Sequence record: AP019521.1
DNA from: Escherichia phage KIT01
DNA: 64,000 nucleotides
Reading direction: 5' to 3' (one strand)
Shown: in pieces, positions 17,132-28,739 of the stretch
How positions within the stretch are numbered: the stretch's first letter is position 1
Layout of the letters: each line of letters opens with the position of its first letter
The notes under the pieces: model-generated
The model's database searches: none
What the model saw: the letters and a program-made list of their open reading frames with translations, nothing else
Told to the model about the DNA's origin: nothing
Program-made: the position numbers and the translations under genes

Positions 17132-20100
17132 ATGTCTGTACAAGCGCCTTATGTTACTAGTCTGAGAATTGATAAACTCTCGGCTAACCATGTGAGCATT
17201 CTTTGGGATGACGTAGGCGCCAACTTCTATTATTTCGTAGAACTGGCCCAAACGAAGGATGCGGGTGTAGAAATTCCCGACGATAGATTATTTTGGAGAA
17301 ATTTAGGTTACACCCCTAATAACGAATGGTTTGAAGAGGCATTCATTTCTCCTAATTCATTTTATAAAATGCGAGTTGCGGTGGCCGCCCAGGGGTTTGA
17401 GCAGTCTGAATGGGTTTACACTGAAGAATTTGAAACTTTCTCTACCAACGCATATACATTTGAGCATATGCGCGAATTCGCTTTGTCTAGTAAATTTATT
17501 GAAGAAAAATTCACAAAAAATAATCAGAATTATGTGAACTTTAATACTGATGCCATTATGGCTTCCTTAATGACGGAAGATTTCAACTTTACACCAGCGT
17601 ATTCGCATTTGTCATCTATATCAAATTATGTTTTAAAAGCCGACCGATTCCATGAAATCCAAGGAAGCATTCAAGCAGTTTGTAAAGACCCTAAACGTTC
17701 TATTTTAATGGAACTTGGTGGCGTACTTTACCTTTTAGAAAGATTCCAAAGCACTGCTAAGGTTTCTAATGATAAAGGACAGAACTGGCATTATATCCGT
17801 TTGTTTAATGACCGGGTAGGTAACCCTGTTTCACGTACGGTACATTACCAAACTGAAACGACTACTTATGTTCTAGGTTACGACCAAATATTTTACGGAC
17901 GTAAATCAAGTGATATTCGTTGGTCTGCTGATGATGTTAGATTTAGTTCCCAAGATGTAACTTTTGCTAAAATAGGTAGTGATATCGACCTTCCATTTGA
18001 AATCGAGATATTTGGTTCATACGCAAAGCTTCCTTTACCTATTTCTACTATCGCTGAGGCCATGTGCGCATCTGACGATTTCATTTATGTTGCAGGTAGA
18101 GACCGAGTTTATAAAGCAAAAACATCCGAGGCCCCTATAGACACTGACCCTAGTTCTCCGACTTATGGAGAGAAGATATTTGAAAGCGGATATTCGACTA
18201 TCACAGGGAACCCTAAAGCCGTTTGTTATAAATTAGATTCTATCCAAGGCCATACGTTTGCTTTAATTACAGGCGAAGTTAAAGAAGAAAAAATGGACCC
18301 TACAGTCGAATCTAATGTGGTCGATTCTGAATCCAAAGGTGTTTATTGGTTAGACACTTCAACCGATACATGGACCCGTGTATTTGGAAACACCGAAGAA
18401 GAACGTCGTCGTATAGAGCATGGATATACCAGCATGTCCACCGACGGAGAGGAATTATTTTTCAGTTCAAGCAACTTTAGATATGAAGTAGAGGTTGATT
18501 CTGAACTTCCTTTGGAATATCCTGAAATTGTCACTTCAGCCGTTAAATATGTTAAAGATGAACAATGGATTCATGATAAGCATTATTTGATGATGAGTTT
18601 TAGGTCTAACTCTAAATCTGATTTCAAAGAATTTAAACCTGGTCGTATGGCTTATTATGCCGAACCATTCTTTAGTTGGTCTCGACGTGATGGAACCCGT
18701 TCATGGATTACTACTAGCGACCACGCGATGGTTGTTTATAACGATGCTTTATACCAGAAAATTATCGACCTGAACAGTGGTTCTTCACCTGAACGTATTG
18801 TTCATGAGATTTGGAATAAAGGTTTTTGTAAAGTCACGTCTCCTAATATAGAATTTAATGGCTTTAAGAAATATTCTTCCGGAATGATGATTCACAAATC
18901 TACAGGTGAATTGGTTGGATATTTTGAATTTGACTATCGCGTGCGTGATGAAGTCCGTGTTATTTGGAAGCCTAAAGAAGTTATGTTTACGGCTGAATTG
19001 CAAAACCAAGAACATGAAATACCGTGGAAGCCCAAAGAAGAAGTTGGTGAGCAAGACCCGGACCTCCAACCTTTACTGGTTAAAATGATTCCAGATAGTT
19101 ATTTGCTTCAAGATACCAATTTTGAAAAATTCTGCGAATACTATCTCCAATTTATTAGTGATGGCTCAGGTACACACTATAATAATTTGTTGAATCTTAT
19201 TCGTAACCAATACCCACGTGAAGAAGATTCATGGGAATATTTGTGGTCGGAAATCTATAAGCGTAATATCTATTTGTCGAAAGAAAAACGCGATGAAGTT
19301 GTTCGTTTTTTCCAGGCGCGCCAAACTGATTTTTGGTCTACAAAAGGTACTGAAGCTTCATATAAATTCCTGTTTAAATTGCTTTACAACGAAGATGTCG
19401 AAATTGATATCGAGTCCAAGAACTCTATCGAATATGATATCATCGTAGAATCCGATAATATCAGTGAAGATATCGTAGGCCAAACGATTTATACTCCTAC
19501 GGGTCGTAGTAATGTTACTTATATAGAACGAAATTACAAAGATGGTAAACTGCAATGGCGTTTAACCATTCATAATCTTTTAGGTCGTTTTATAGTCGGA
19601 CAGGAAATTAAATCTGAACGTACTTCGTTCAAGGGTATGATTGTTCAGGGCGTACGCGGTAAAGAGCTTTTGAGTAACAATATCGACTATATCAACCGTA
19701 ACCGTTCTTATTATGTGATGACCATTAAGTCTAATCTCCCTACCTCTCGTTATCGCAACGATGTTTTGAGATTTGTCCATCCGGTAGGTTTCGGCTTTGT
19801 AGGTATAACTTTGCTTTCTATGTTTGTTAACGTAGGTTTAACGCTAAAACATACAGAAACTATTATTAATATCCTTAAGAACTATAAATGGGACTCAGGT
19901 TTGCCATCTGAATGGTATGATAGAGTTGCTGTAATAGGTTTTGATGGTAATATAGAACGAGACCCTAGAACAGGACTTCCGGTTTATAACGTAGGACCTA
20001 AAGCAGGAGAACCGTTTGATATTCCTGCTGATTATGATGCAGAAAATGATTTCTCTGTATTCCAAGGTCAATTACCACACGAACGTATTAAAAAGCATAG

Positions 20101-20227
20101 TCCATTGTTTGACCAAAGTGCTGTGACCTTTGCCAATTGGCGTGCACTGGTTGATAAGCGTCTTAAAGACGATATTGGAAATCCTAGAGACCCTAAAGTT
20201 CCAACTCAGGTAAAAATTAATGATTAA
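17132..20227 (+). CDS. 7: gp7 baseplate wedge initiator
   Basis: 1031 aa (T4 1032); synteny. Confidence 0.9.
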   Translation: MSVQAPYVTSLRIDKLSANHVSILWDDVGANFYYFVELAQTKDAGVEIPDDRLFWRNLGYTPNNEWFEEAFISPNSFYKMRVAVAAQGFEQSEWVYTEEFETFSTNAYTFEHMREFALSSKFIEEKFTKNNQNYVNFNTDAIMASLMTEDFNFTPAYSHLSSISNYVLKADRFHEIQGSIQAVCKDPKRSILMELGGVLYLLERFQSTAKVSNDKGQNWHYIRLFNDRVGNPVSRTVHYQTETTTYVLGYDQIFYGRKSSDIRWSADDVRFSSQDVTFAKIGSDIDLPFEIEIFGSYAKLPLPISTIAEAMCASDDFIYVAGRDRVYKAKTSEAPIDTDPSSPTYGEKIFESGYSTITGNPKAVCYKLDSIQGHTFALITGEVKEEKMDPTVESNVVDSESKGVYWLDTSTDTWTRVFGNTEEERRRIEHGYTSMSTDGEELFFSSSNFRYEVEVDSELPLEYPEIVTSAVKYVKDEQWIHDKHYLMMSFRSNSKSDFKEFKPGRMAYYAEPFFSWSRRDGTRSWITTSDHAMVVYNDALYQKIIDLNSGSSPERIVHEIWNKGFCKVTSPNIEFNGFKKYSSGMMIHKSTGELVGYFEFDYRVRDEVRVIWKPKEVMFTAELQNQEHEIPWKPKEEVGEQDPDLQPLLVKMIPDSYLLQDTNFEKFCEYYLQFISDGSGTHYNNLLNLIRNQYPREEDSWEYLWSEIYKRNIYLSKEKRDEVVRFFQARQTDFWSTKGTEASYKFLFKLLYNEDVEIDIESKNSIEYDIIVESDNISEDIVGQTIYTPTGRSNVTYIERNYKDGKLQWRLTIHNLLGRFIVGQEIKSERTSFKGMIVQGVRGKELLSNNIDYINRNRSYYVMTIKSNLPTSRYRNDVLRFVHPVGFGFVGITLLSMFVNVGLTLKHTETIINILKNYKWDSGLPSEWYDRVAVIGFDGNIERDPRTGLPVYNVGPKAGEPFDIPADYDAENDFSVFQGQLPHERIKKHSPLFDQSAVTFANWRALVDKRLKDDIGNPRDPKVPTQVKIND

Positions 20228-21224
20228 TTCTACAGTAGTTTATCGTTCTATTGTTACTTCAAAATTTAGAACGGAAAAAATGTACAACTTTTACAGAACA
20301 ATAGGTGATGGTGAAGACCAGAACACTATGTATGTATCTTTCGGAAGGGCCCGACCATGGGCCGATAACGAAAACGACCCAGGTTTTGCCCCGCCATATC
20401 CTGTAGATGATTCTGAGGGCGTAGAAGACGTCTGGACCAACATGATGGGATGCGTTAAGGTTTATAAGAGCATGTTGGATTGTGTTGTTCCTCGCAAAGA
20501 CTGGGGCGATACCTCTTATCCTAATCCGTTTACTTTCCAGATTGGTGAAATTGTAGTGGCGAACAGCCAGCCGCAAAACCGTACTGATGTCGGTGCCGGG
20601 TGGATGGTTTATCGTTGTGTAGATATCCCAGAATCAGGTACATGTTCTATTTTGTCCCTTGATAATAAAACTGAGTGTATTAAACTTGGTGGTAAATGGA
20701 CCTCAAATGTACAGTCGGTTAAAGCCCCTGCAGGACAAGGCGATACGGAAGGTATGGTTGATACAGGTGATGGATATCTCTGGGAATATTTGTATGAGAT
20801 TCCACCTGATGTAAGTATAAACCGTTGCACTAATGAGTATATTGTGGTTCCATGGCCGGAAGAAATTGCCGAAGACCCGGAACGTTGGGGATACGAGAAT
20901 AACCTTACTTGGCAGCAAGACGATTATGGATTGATTTATCGTATTAAAGGCAATACCATTCGTTTTAAAGCATTCTTAGATTCAGTTTACTTCCCTGAAT
21001 TTAGTCTGCCTGGTAACAAAGGGTTTAGACAGCTTTCGATAATTTCTAACCCGTTAGAAGCTAAAGCTCACCCGTCCGATCCGATCATTAAAGCCGAAAA
21101 AGAGTACTATGATGTTATAGACCTCTCCCGCCATTCAGGTGAAATGATTTATATGGAAAACCGTCCTCCGGTTATTCGTTCCATGGACCAAACAGAAGAA
21201 ATTAACATTATCTTCGAATTCTAA
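20220..21224 (+). CDS. 8: gp8 baseplate wedge protein
   Basis: 334 aa (T4 334); synteny; terminator hairpin after stop. Confidence 0.9.
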   Translation: MINSTVVYRSIVTSKFRTEKMYNFYRTIGDGEDQNTMYVSFGRARPWADNENDPGFAPPYPVDDSEGVEDVWTNMMGCVKVYKSMLDCVVPRKDWGDTSYPNPFTFQIGEIVVANSQPQNRTDVGAGWMVYRCVDIPESGTCSILSLDNKTECIKLGGKWTSNVQSVKAPAGQGDTEGMVDTGDGYLWEYLYEIPPDVSINRCTNEYIVVPWPEEIAEDPERWGYENNLTWQQDDYGLIYRIKGNTIRFKAFLDSVYFPEFSLPGNKGFRQLSIISNPLEAKAHPSDPIIKAEKEYYDVIDLSRHSGEMIYMENRPPVIRSMDQTEEINIIFEF

Positions 21225-21227
21225 TAA

Positions 21228-21251
21228 GGGCCGCAAGGCCCTTTCGGGTTT
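21228..21251 (+). terminator. intrinsic terminator after gp8
   Basis: gggcc-GCAA-ggccc then tttcgggttt. Confidence 0.55.
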
Positions 21252-21285
21252 AATAAATACAGTATATCAATAATGAGGCATACCT

Positions 21286-22146
21286 ATGATTAAGCAAACT
21301 GGTAAAGAACTAATTGACGTCGGTGAAATTGGTAATGCCAGCACCGGCGACATTCTTTATGATGGTGGTGTTAAACTGAACACTGACTTAAACAACATCT
21401 ATAATACTTTCGGCGACCAACGCAAAACTGCTTTAACTGGCGAATTAACCGGTCAGAAATTACACGCTACAGGTTATTATCAAAAATTTGGTGATATGGA
21501 CCAAGCAAGCTCAGTAGATTTAGGCTCCTTGGTAGATATCGATGCTTCTACCGGTTCTATCGTGTTAACCACTGTAAAAGGTGCGGTCGGTGAAGGTATT
21601 GAAATAATTAACTCTAATGGAAGTATTTCAGCTACCAACTATCTTGAAATCCGTATATTAGATACTTTCGCGAGCCATTCATCTTCGTCTTTGCGTATTG
21701 TGACACCTTATACACGAGTTCTTTTATGGTGTGTATCAGATACAAACGGCATTGCAGTATGGGATTATTCAATTGAAAGTATGTTTGGTGATAAACGAAT
21801 TCCATTAAATAAGACATATAATATATCTTCTGTCGCTCGTGATATTCCGGTGGTTTATTCCGGCCAGTATTCATTGGTCAAACTTTTAGTTACGGCAGTG
21901 AATGCCAACGAAACCATTTACAAAGCTTCAGAATACCTTGTGTTTATCGACAACCAAGCTAGAAAGATTTATTCCACCGAATACGCCGTTATTAAACGTG
22001 GACAAACTTCAGATGATGACGAAATTTATTCCCTAGATTTTAAATTCGATACATCAAACTATATTATCGCGACCGCTTCTTCTGTCAATCCTATGAGGCT
22101 TGCAATTAAGGTCGTAGAAACCCAAACTATTGGAGTTCCAGTATAA
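21286..22146 (+). CDS. 9: gp9 baseplate wedge, long tail fibre socket
   Basis: 286 aa (T4 288); synteny. Confidence 0.9.
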   Translation: MIKQTGKELIDVGEIGNASTGDILYDGGVKLNTDLNNIYNTFGDQRKTALTGELTGQKLHATGYYQKFGDMDQASSVDLGSLVDIDASTGSIVLTTVKGAVGEGIEIINSNGSISATNYLEIRILDTFASHSSSSLRIVTPYTRVLLWCVSDTNGIAVWDYSIESMFGDKRIPLNKTYNISSVARDIPVVYSGQYSLVKLLVTAVNANETIYKASEYLVFIDNQARKIYSTEYAVIKRGQTSDDDEIYSLDFKFDTSNYIIATASSVNPMRLAIKVVETQTIGVPV

Positions 22147-23957
22147 TGAAACAAGACTTAAAAGTAGGTTCCGCTGTTGATGACGGGTCCGGTGATTACC
22201 TGCGTGCAGGTGGTCTTAAAATTAATAACAACTTCAATGAGCTTTATTACCAATTAGGTGATGGCAACAACCCACATGCAGCAGGTGCTTGGAAACAGCA
22301 TTCTACTGCAGATGGTGCTTTGTTGAACGCTGTAATGGGTCATAGCTATACCCTTAATACTCAAGGTGGGCGTATTAACGTTCAGCTTCCTAAAGGCTCC
22401 CCTGAAGAATATAACTTTGTTATCCGTGTACGTGACGTGTATTCTTCATGGCAAGCTAACCCGGTAACCCTAATCCCTGCCACAGGTGATACCATTAAGG
22501 GTTCAGCTACTCAAGTAGAAATTGCTCGCAACTTCTCTGACCTTGAATTAGTTTATTGTGCCCCAGGACGTTGGGAATACGTTGAAAATAAGCAAGTAAA
22601 CCGTATTCCAAATAACGACCTCGCTACCGTAGCCACCAAGCAATTTATTGCCACCGAAGGTCAAACAGATTTTTTAGACATTTTCCCAGGGCTTTCTTAT
22701 AACGTGGCGAGTTTAAGCGTTTCACAACGTGGTAACAATTTGTTCTACGGTGTTGATGATATTTTTGACGCTGCTACCGCAGAGTTCGGTTCTCCGGGTG
22801 CTCAACCGGGCGAATTGGTAGCTTTGAATGGTAAGGACATCCGTTTAAAATATCCTTGTGAAGCAGGTGATACTGTTATTATCAAATCATATAATGACGG
22901 ACTTGCCCAATGGCGTAGTTCTTATAACCGCCGTGATATAACAATCCAAAGTTCAGAATTGACTAAAAACGTTTCTGTTCCTGGTTCTTCTTTCGTCGGA
23001 GATTTGAATACTTCGCATGTTATATCAGCCGCTGATTTGAATATTTCTGTTAACAGCCCTATCAACCCAAATGCTTGTCAAGTCATGCTTAATAGCACAT
23101 TACTTCATCAAGCTGGTACAGCTGGACTTCCTTCGTTTTATTGTGAAGGTGCCGATGGTCGTACTGCTACCGAGTGTTTTAATGCTGGCGGCCAATGGAC
23201 CCAATCTAAATCAGACTATATTTTTAATTTGACTCCTGAAGACAAGATTGAATCCATCGAATTTGGACGTAACTTTGAACATGGTGATATTCTTACAGTA
23301 ATTTGGTACAATAATGATATCGGTACCACCATGGAAATTGATGAGATTTTAGATTATACCAACAACATCTATATTTCTAAAGGTCCATCGATTGATATAA
23401 CAGGGCAGGTTCGTATTACTGATGTAGATAATCCTTTTGCACCTAACGTTGAACCTGTTGCCGCGTCCAATATTACAATAGATACAGCAGCAACGTTTTT
23501 TGATTTGGTTTATCCAATAGGAACCATCTATGAGAATACGGTGAACCCTAATAACCCTAAAACATATATGGGCTTTGGTTCATGGAAGCGTTTATCTGAT
23601 GTGTTCTTGGTAGGTTGGTCTCCTGACGCTAGTTCTTTGTTTAATGCAAATAACAACGATCTGGATTCTGCTGGTATTCCGCAGTCAACTGCCGGTGGTA
23701 CTGGTGGCGCTCATGTGGCTAATTTGAAATATGAGAATATCCCTGAACTTAACACCGATGATAAAGTCCTTATTGCTGATAACGATGGCCCTATTTTTGT
23801 AGGTGGATGTTTAGTTGACCCTGATTCACAAGGACCAGCTTATACAAAATATCGTGAAGATAAAGCCAGTATTAATAAGGCTCAAGGAACCACTCCTATC
23901 CCGGTTAATACTCTACCACCATACTTAACTGTTCATCGCTGGATGAGGATTGCATAA
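22146..23957 (+). CDS. 10: gp10 baseplate wedge / tail pin
   Basis: 603 aa (T4 602). Confidence 0.9.
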   Translation: MKQDLKVGSAVDDGSGDYLRAGGLKINNNFNELYYQLGDGNNPHAAGAWKQHSTADGALLNAVMGHSYTLNTQGGRINVQLPKGSPEEYNFVIRVRDVYSSWQANPVTLIPATGDTIKGSATQVEIARNFSDLELVYCAPGRWEYVENKQVNRIPNNDLATVATKQFIATEGQTDFLDIFPGLSYNVASLSVSQRGNNLFYGVDDIFDAATAEFGSPGAQPGELVALNGKDIRLKYPCEAGDTVIIKSYNDGLAQWRSSYNRRDITIQSSELTKNVSVPGSSFVGDLNTSHVISAADLNISVNSPINPNACQVMLNSTLLHQAGTAGLPSFYCEGADGRTATECFNAGGQWTQSKSDYIFNLTPEDKIESIEFGRNFEHGDILTVIWYNNDIGTTMEIDEILDYTNNIYISKGPSIDITGQVRITDVDNPFAPNVEPVAASNITIDTAATFFDLVYPIGTIYENTVNPNNPKTYMGFGSWKRLSDVFLVGWSPDASSLFNANNNDLDSAGIPQSTAGGTGGAHVANLKYENIPELNTDDKVLIADNDGPIFVGGCLVDPDSQGPAYTKYREDKASINKAQGTTPIPVNTLPPYLTVHRWMRIA

Positions 23958-24622
23958 TGACTTTAACTGAAATGAAAAGCGGGTTAAAATCCCGCTTAGC
24001 CGATTATTTGGAATTATCTTACACTAGTGACAAGCCTACTGCTGTCGCTGACCAACGTCCTATTGGTGGTCCTTCTGCAAACCAAACCCAGAAGGGTGTT
24101 TATTTTCCTACGGTCCAAAGTGCAATAGATGATATTGCATTTAGAACAGAGCTTCCTGTGAACTCTGTTATTATTACCACAGAAAACAGAGCACCTGGAT
24201 TTATCCAGCAATCTGATAAAATTACATTTACCGGTTCTATTTCTTCAGGCGGTGAACTTGGCGACCCGGTTATTATTAAAGTGTTCGGACTTCCTGTAGA
24301 GGTCTTAGTTGGCGATTCATCTGTATTGGTTGCATCTAAAGTAAATGATGTGTTTTTAGACGCTATTGCTAATAGCTATATTTTGGCCGAAACTGCTATT
24401 GATGCCTTAGACCAATCTACCTTGAATATTAAATACAATGACTATCAGAATCATATTTTTTCACCATATAAACAATCGGGTTGTACAATTTCCCATACTA
24501 TAGTCCAACAGCCAAGGGCTGGATACGGTAAGTGGGAATACTTAGGTAACTCTACCCAATCGTTAGCAGGTGGTACAGTTAACGGCACGATTCCTTTATA
24601 TTACTATAAGAGATTATATTAA
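23957..24622 (+). CDS. 11: gp11 baseplate wedge / tail pin
   Basis: 221 aa (T4 219). Confidence 0.9.
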   Translation: MTLTEMKSGLKSRLADYLELSYTSDKPTAVADQRPIGGPSANQTQKGVYFPTVQSAIDDIAFRTELPVNSVIITTENRAPGFIQQSDKITFTGSISSGGELGDPVIIKVFGLPVEVLVGDSSVLVASKVNDVFLDAIANSYILAETAIDALDQSTLNIKYNDYQNHIFSPYKQSGCTISHTIVQQPRAGYGKWEYLGNSTQSLAGGTVNGTIPLYYYKRLY

Positions 24623-26148
24623 TGTCAACAAACACACTAAAACACATTAGTGATAAATCGGAATTCAAATCATTCGACCCTACTGGGTCGAATTTCCCGC
24701 CTGATATTACTAATGTTCAAGAAGCATTGGCAACTATTTCATTAATCGGCGTCACAGGTAATGTTCCTTCAGCCACAGAAACGTCCCAAGGCATTATTCG
24801 TCTTGCCACTACACAAGAAGTAATGGATGGATTGGATGCTTATAGTGCAGTGACACCAGCAACTTTAAAAGCTCGTTTAGATATTCCTACTCAGGCAACA
24901 GAAACTTATGTAGGTATCACCCGTTATGCTACTAACGCTGAAGCCATAGCAGGCACAGAGCCCCAGGCAGCAATCGTAGCAACTTCTTTGAAAGCGGTAA
25001 TGGATTATACATTTGAGAACCGTTTATCAACAGAGAACGCTACAGGCGTTATCAAGATTTCAACTACACCTGCTGCATTAGCTGGTACCGATGATACCAC
25101 AGCAATGACCCCACTTAAAGTATCTCAGGCAATTGGTGCAGCGACGGCCGCGTTACCGGTTTATTCTACAGCAACGACTACAAATGAAGGTTTAGTTCGT
25201 TTAGCGACCAATGCCGAGGTTGGTAATGGAAATCTTTCTGTAGGTATCGCTATTTCTCCGGCAGGATTAGCCACATTAACTTCCACCGAAGCCAGAAGTG
25301 GTATTATTAAACTCGCTGGTTGGGATATGGTATCTAATGGTACCGACCATACCGCCGCAGTTACACCGGCTTCTTTGTTAGCTCGTACAGGTAATACTGG
25401 ACGTATTGGGTTGGTTCGTTTATCTACTACTGTAGGCCAAGGCGATGGTAATACGGCACTGGCTTATAATGCTAACGTTATTTCTACTTCAGGCGGCGAA
25501 ATATGGGGTACTTTAAACGTTAATGGCGCATTACGTCGTAATGGTGTTGATGTTGTTACCCATGACCAATTATCAGATAGCGTTCCGGTAGGTACTATTT
25601 GCATGTGGGGTGGCCATGAAGGTAATATACCTGGTAAATGGCGTGCTTGTGTAGGTGGGACTTACACTGGTGGTGCATATTTAAATGCCGTTGGTGGGCG
25701 TTGGGGATGGTGGGGTGCTATTCCAGATTTCCGTGGATTATATCCTCGCGGCGCTAATATGGTTGGTGGATATTCTGAAGGTGAAGTTAACCCACATATT
25801 GCCGGTAACCGAGGACAAGACGGTAAAGGTAAGGCCCGTTTAGGCAACGGTGTTGGTTCGTTCCCGCAATCTTCCGTTCAAGCCCAAGCATTACGTTATC
25901 ATAAACATGCTGGTGGTTTTGGTGAACATGATAACTATGGCGCTTTTGGTAACACCGCTAACTCCGGATATGTTGGTACTCGTAAAGGACTTGACTGGGA
26001 TAACCGTAGTTATTATACCAACGAAGGTTTTGAGACCACCGATCCTTGGAACCGTGATGGACATACCACATTGAATAGTGAAGGTCTTATTGCCAACGAA
26101 ACACGTCCATGGACAATGTCCGTTCTTTTTATTATTAAAGTAGAATAA
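24622..26148 (+). CDS. 12: gp12 short tail fibre
   Basis: 508 aa (T4 527); repetitive Thr/Ala-rich shaft. Confidence 0.9.
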   Translation: MSTNTLKHISDKSEFKSFDPTGSNFPPDITNVQEALATISLIGVTGNVPSATETSQGIIRLATTQEVMDGLDAYSAVTPATLKARLDIPTQATETYVGITRYATNAEAIAGTEPQAAIVATSLKAVMDYTFENRLSTENATGVIKISTTPAALAGTDDTTAMTPLKVSQAIGAATAALPVYSTATTTNEGLVRLATNAEVGNGNLSVGIAISPAGLATLTSTEARSGIIKLAGWDMVSNGTDHTAAVTPASLLARTGNTGRIGLVRLSTTVGQGDGNTALAYNANVISTSGGEIWGTLNVNGALRRNGVDVVTHDQLSDSVPVGTICMWGGHEGNIPGKWRACVGGTYTGGAYLNAVGGRWGWWGAIPDFRGLYPRGANMVGGYSEGEVNPHIAGNRGQDGKGKARLGNGVGSFPQSSVQAQALRYHKHAGGFGEHDNYGAFGNTANSGYVGTRKGLDWDNRSYYTNEGFETTDPWNRDGHTTLNSEGLIANETRPWTMSVLFIIKVE

Positions 26149-26157
26149 GGGTAAAAA

Positions 26158-27747
26158 ATGATTAACAAATTGGAACTTAGTGAGTTACCATTTGTTGACG
26201 GCGTACCTGATGCTCCTCAAAAGCGTATCCAATGGATACGCGAGGGTGATTGTATGTCTGCAGCAAAAACAAAATACGGCAATGAAGGTAATTTGAACGC
26301 TGCTGCTTTAGGAGTTCAGAAAAACGTTGAAGCTCTTGATGCGAATGATTTGAAAACCGCAGATAAAGTTAACGAACTGGTAGAAAACGTTAATAATATC
26401 AATGATGCCTTAGAAATGGCTACGGATATTTCCGTCATCCAACAAATTGAGAAAAACCGTGTTGATATCGTAGAGCTTAAGAGAGTAGAAGGCGAAACCA
26501 CTACTGGGCTAAACAATTTAACCATAAATTTAGACCACCTAAAAGAAGACGTTGGTTACCATGACCCTTTACAAGATGGCCCATATTTAACTGTACGTGA
26601 AAATATTGTTCTTCTTAAAACCGAAATAGGTCATTATGAAAACCAGGATATAAATGGCAATCCATTGCCTCCTGGTGAAACCAGCGAAGCCACCGGTATG
26701 AAACGTCGCATCATTGATAATACCACTCAATTGGTCGACCATCGTCTTCGCATTGATACCCTTGAAAGGAATTATGAAGATTCTGACGTCGGGCAACTAG
26801 GTATTAAATTAAATGAAATTCGTGCTGAACTTGGGCCTCATTCTGATACTGTAGGTAAACAACCGGCTTATACCCGAATTTCTGTATTAGAAACGGCTGC
26901 AATTAATTTTAATACATCTATTGACGAAATTAAGGCTGATATTGATTTCTCTGGTATGCCTATAAAGGACCGAGTAACTACTTTAGAAAGCAAAACTCTT
27001 ACCCTAGAAAATTCAGTCAACGTTGATTTAAGCCCTCGTGTAACATCAATTGAAACCCAAATAGGTTCTGAATCAACTCCTACTTCTATTAATGGACGTT
27101 TAAGCGGTCTTCGTACTGATGTAAATGACCTTAAAACCATAGTGGGTGTTAGTTCAAGTGATGGCTTACGTTTCCAAGTTACTGATATCAACCGCCGTTT
27201 AGGTAGTGAAGTATCTCCGGCAGCTGGGACCATTAATAAGCGTTTAAATGACGTTATTATCCAAGCAAACCAATCTACTTCATCTATCCAGGATATTCAA
27301 GTAGAAATTGGAAATAACCAATCCGGTATTAAGGGTACTTTACTTAAACTCACCAATAAGGTTGATGGGACAAACCCTAACGGTGCTACTGTAGAAGAAC
27401 GTGGTCTTATTAACGCGGTTACTTCTTTAGAAACCCAGATGTTAGGTAAGTTGAATGATGCCCCTTCCGATGGTAAGCTTTATGCTCGTCGTAATGCTAC
27501 ATGGACCGAAGTTCCTAACGTTTCTACTGAAATAGGGACCGTTAAAGCTGATTTAGTTGTTACCGATGGTAATGTGGCAGCTTTAACTTCTAGAGTTACT
27601 GCAGCAGAAGATAAAATCACTGCATTAGAAACTGAACTTGCTAAACGTCCACCGGTGGCTCCAGTTGCTGATGGACTTCCGTATGTTCTTGTTGATAATG
27701 CATGGGTGTTATTGTCAGATTTTGTGACTTTAAACCCAGCACCATAA
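26158..27747 (+). CDS. wac: fibritin (whisker) Wac
   Basis: 529 aa; long coiled-coil segments; C-terminal foldon-like GLPYVLVDNAWVLLSDFV. Confidence 0.9.
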   Translation: MINKLELSELPFVDGVPDAPQKRIQWIREGDCMSAAKTKYGNEGNLNAAALGVQKNVEALDANDLKTADKVNELVENVNNINDALEMATDISVIQQIEKNRVDIVELKRVEGETTTGLNNLTINLDHLKEDVGYHDPLQDGPYLTVRENIVLLKTEIGHYENQDINGNPLPPGETSEATGMKRRIIDNTTQLVDHRLRIDTLERNYEDSDVGQLGIKLNEIRAELGPHSDTVGKQPAYTRISVLETAAINFNTSIDEIKADIDFSGMPIKDRVTTLESKTLTLENSVNVDLSPRVTSIETQIGSESTPTSINGRLSGLRTDVNDLKTIVGVSSSDGLRFQVTDINRRLGSEVSPAAGTINKRLNDVIIQANQSTSSIQDIQVEIGNNQSGIKGTLLKLTNKVDGTNPNGATVEERGLINAVTSLETQMLGKLNDAPSDGKLYARRNATWTEVPNVSTEIGTVKADLVVTDGNVAALTSRVTAAEDKITALETELAKRPPVAPVADGLPYVLVDNAWVLLSDFVTLNPAP

Positions 27748-27752
27748 TAAAA

Positions 27753-27770
27753 GGGCTTCGGCCCTTTTTT
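27753..27770 (+). terminator. intrinsic terminator after wac
   Basis: gggc-TTCG-gccc followed by TTTTTT. Confidence 0.7.
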
Positions 27771-27772
27771 GC

Positions 27773-27780
27773 TATAAATA
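27773..27780 (+). promoter_or_regulatory. late promoter TATAAATA upstream of gp13
   Basis: exact octamer about 22 nt before ATG. Confidence 0.65.
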
Positions 27781-27801
27781 CGGTTATTAGAGGAATAAAC
27801 C

Positions 27802-28737
27802 ATGGCAAGTGAATCATATAACCCTAAGCAACTCAAGGACGCAATCCTGCGCCGCCTGGGTGCACCGATTACGAATATTGAAGTAACTACAGACCAAGTA
27901 TACGATTGCATCCAGCGCGCCCTGGAGCTCTACGGTGAGTATCATTATAACGGCTATAACAAAGGTTATCAGGCTTTTTATATAGGTCATGATGACGAAG
28001 AAAAATTCCGTAACGGCGTATTTGACCTTAAAGGCCGTAATATATTTGCGGTAACACAAATTTTAAGAACTAATGTAGGTTCTTTAACATCTATGGATGG
28101 CCAAGCGACTTATCCATGGTTTACTGATTTTGTATTAGGCCTAGCTGGTATTAATGGTGGTCTTGGAACTTCTTGTAACAGCTTTGGGCCTAATGCCTTC
28201 GGTGCCGACCTTGGGTATTTTACACAATTAATGCAATATCGTTCTATGATGCAAGACCTTTTGGTTCCATTGCCTGATTATTGGTATAACGATGCCACCG
28301 AACAATTGAAGGTAATGGGTAACTTTGTTAAAGGCGATTTTATTGTAATTGAAGTTTATACTCGCTCTTTTAATGGGGTTGATTCTATGGTAGGAAATAC
28401 CGCAGGATATGGATATGCCTCTGGTGGGTGCGACGAAAATGAATGGAGCCCTGGAGCTATTTGGGATAACCCGGCTCGTCGTATTTCAGGTATGAGGGCA
28501 GGTGAAGACCTTGGTTTGCAAGATGGTTCATATAATAACCGCTGGGTCAAAGATTATGCCACGGCATTGGTTAAAGAAGTCAATGGTAATATTTTGGCCA
28601 AACACCAAGGCATGCAACTTGCAGGTGGAACCACCGTAGATGGTATTCGATTGATTGAAGAAGCTCGTTTAGAAAAAGAACGTCTTCGCGAAGAATTAGA
28701 TTTACTCGACCCACCAACACCTATTTTAATTGGATAA
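27802..28737 (+). CDS. 13: gp13 neck protein
   Basis: 311 aa (T4 309); late promoter at 27773. Confidence 0.9.
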   Translation: MASESYNPKQLKDAILRRLGAPITNIEVTTDQVYDCIQRALELYGEYHYNGYNKGYQAFYIGHDDEEKFRNGVFDLKGRNIFAVTQILRTNVGSLTSMDGQATYPWFTDFVLGLAGINGGLGTSCNSFGPNAFGADLGYFTQLMQYRSMMQDLLVPLPDYWYNDATEQLKVMGNFVKGDFIVIEVYTRSFNGVDSMVGNTAGYGYASGGCDENEWSPGAIWDNPARRISGMRAGEDLGLQDGSYNNRWVKDYATALVKEVNGNILAKHQGMQLAGGTTVDGIRLIEEARLEKERLREELDLLDPPTPILIG

Positions 28738-28739
28738 TT

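Noticed and set aside
20335-20350. Copy of the ctttcggaagggcc terminator-hairpin motif inside gp8
   Set aside because: Lies within coding sequence (encodes FGRARP), lacks the paired 5-prime arm and U-tract; coincidental.
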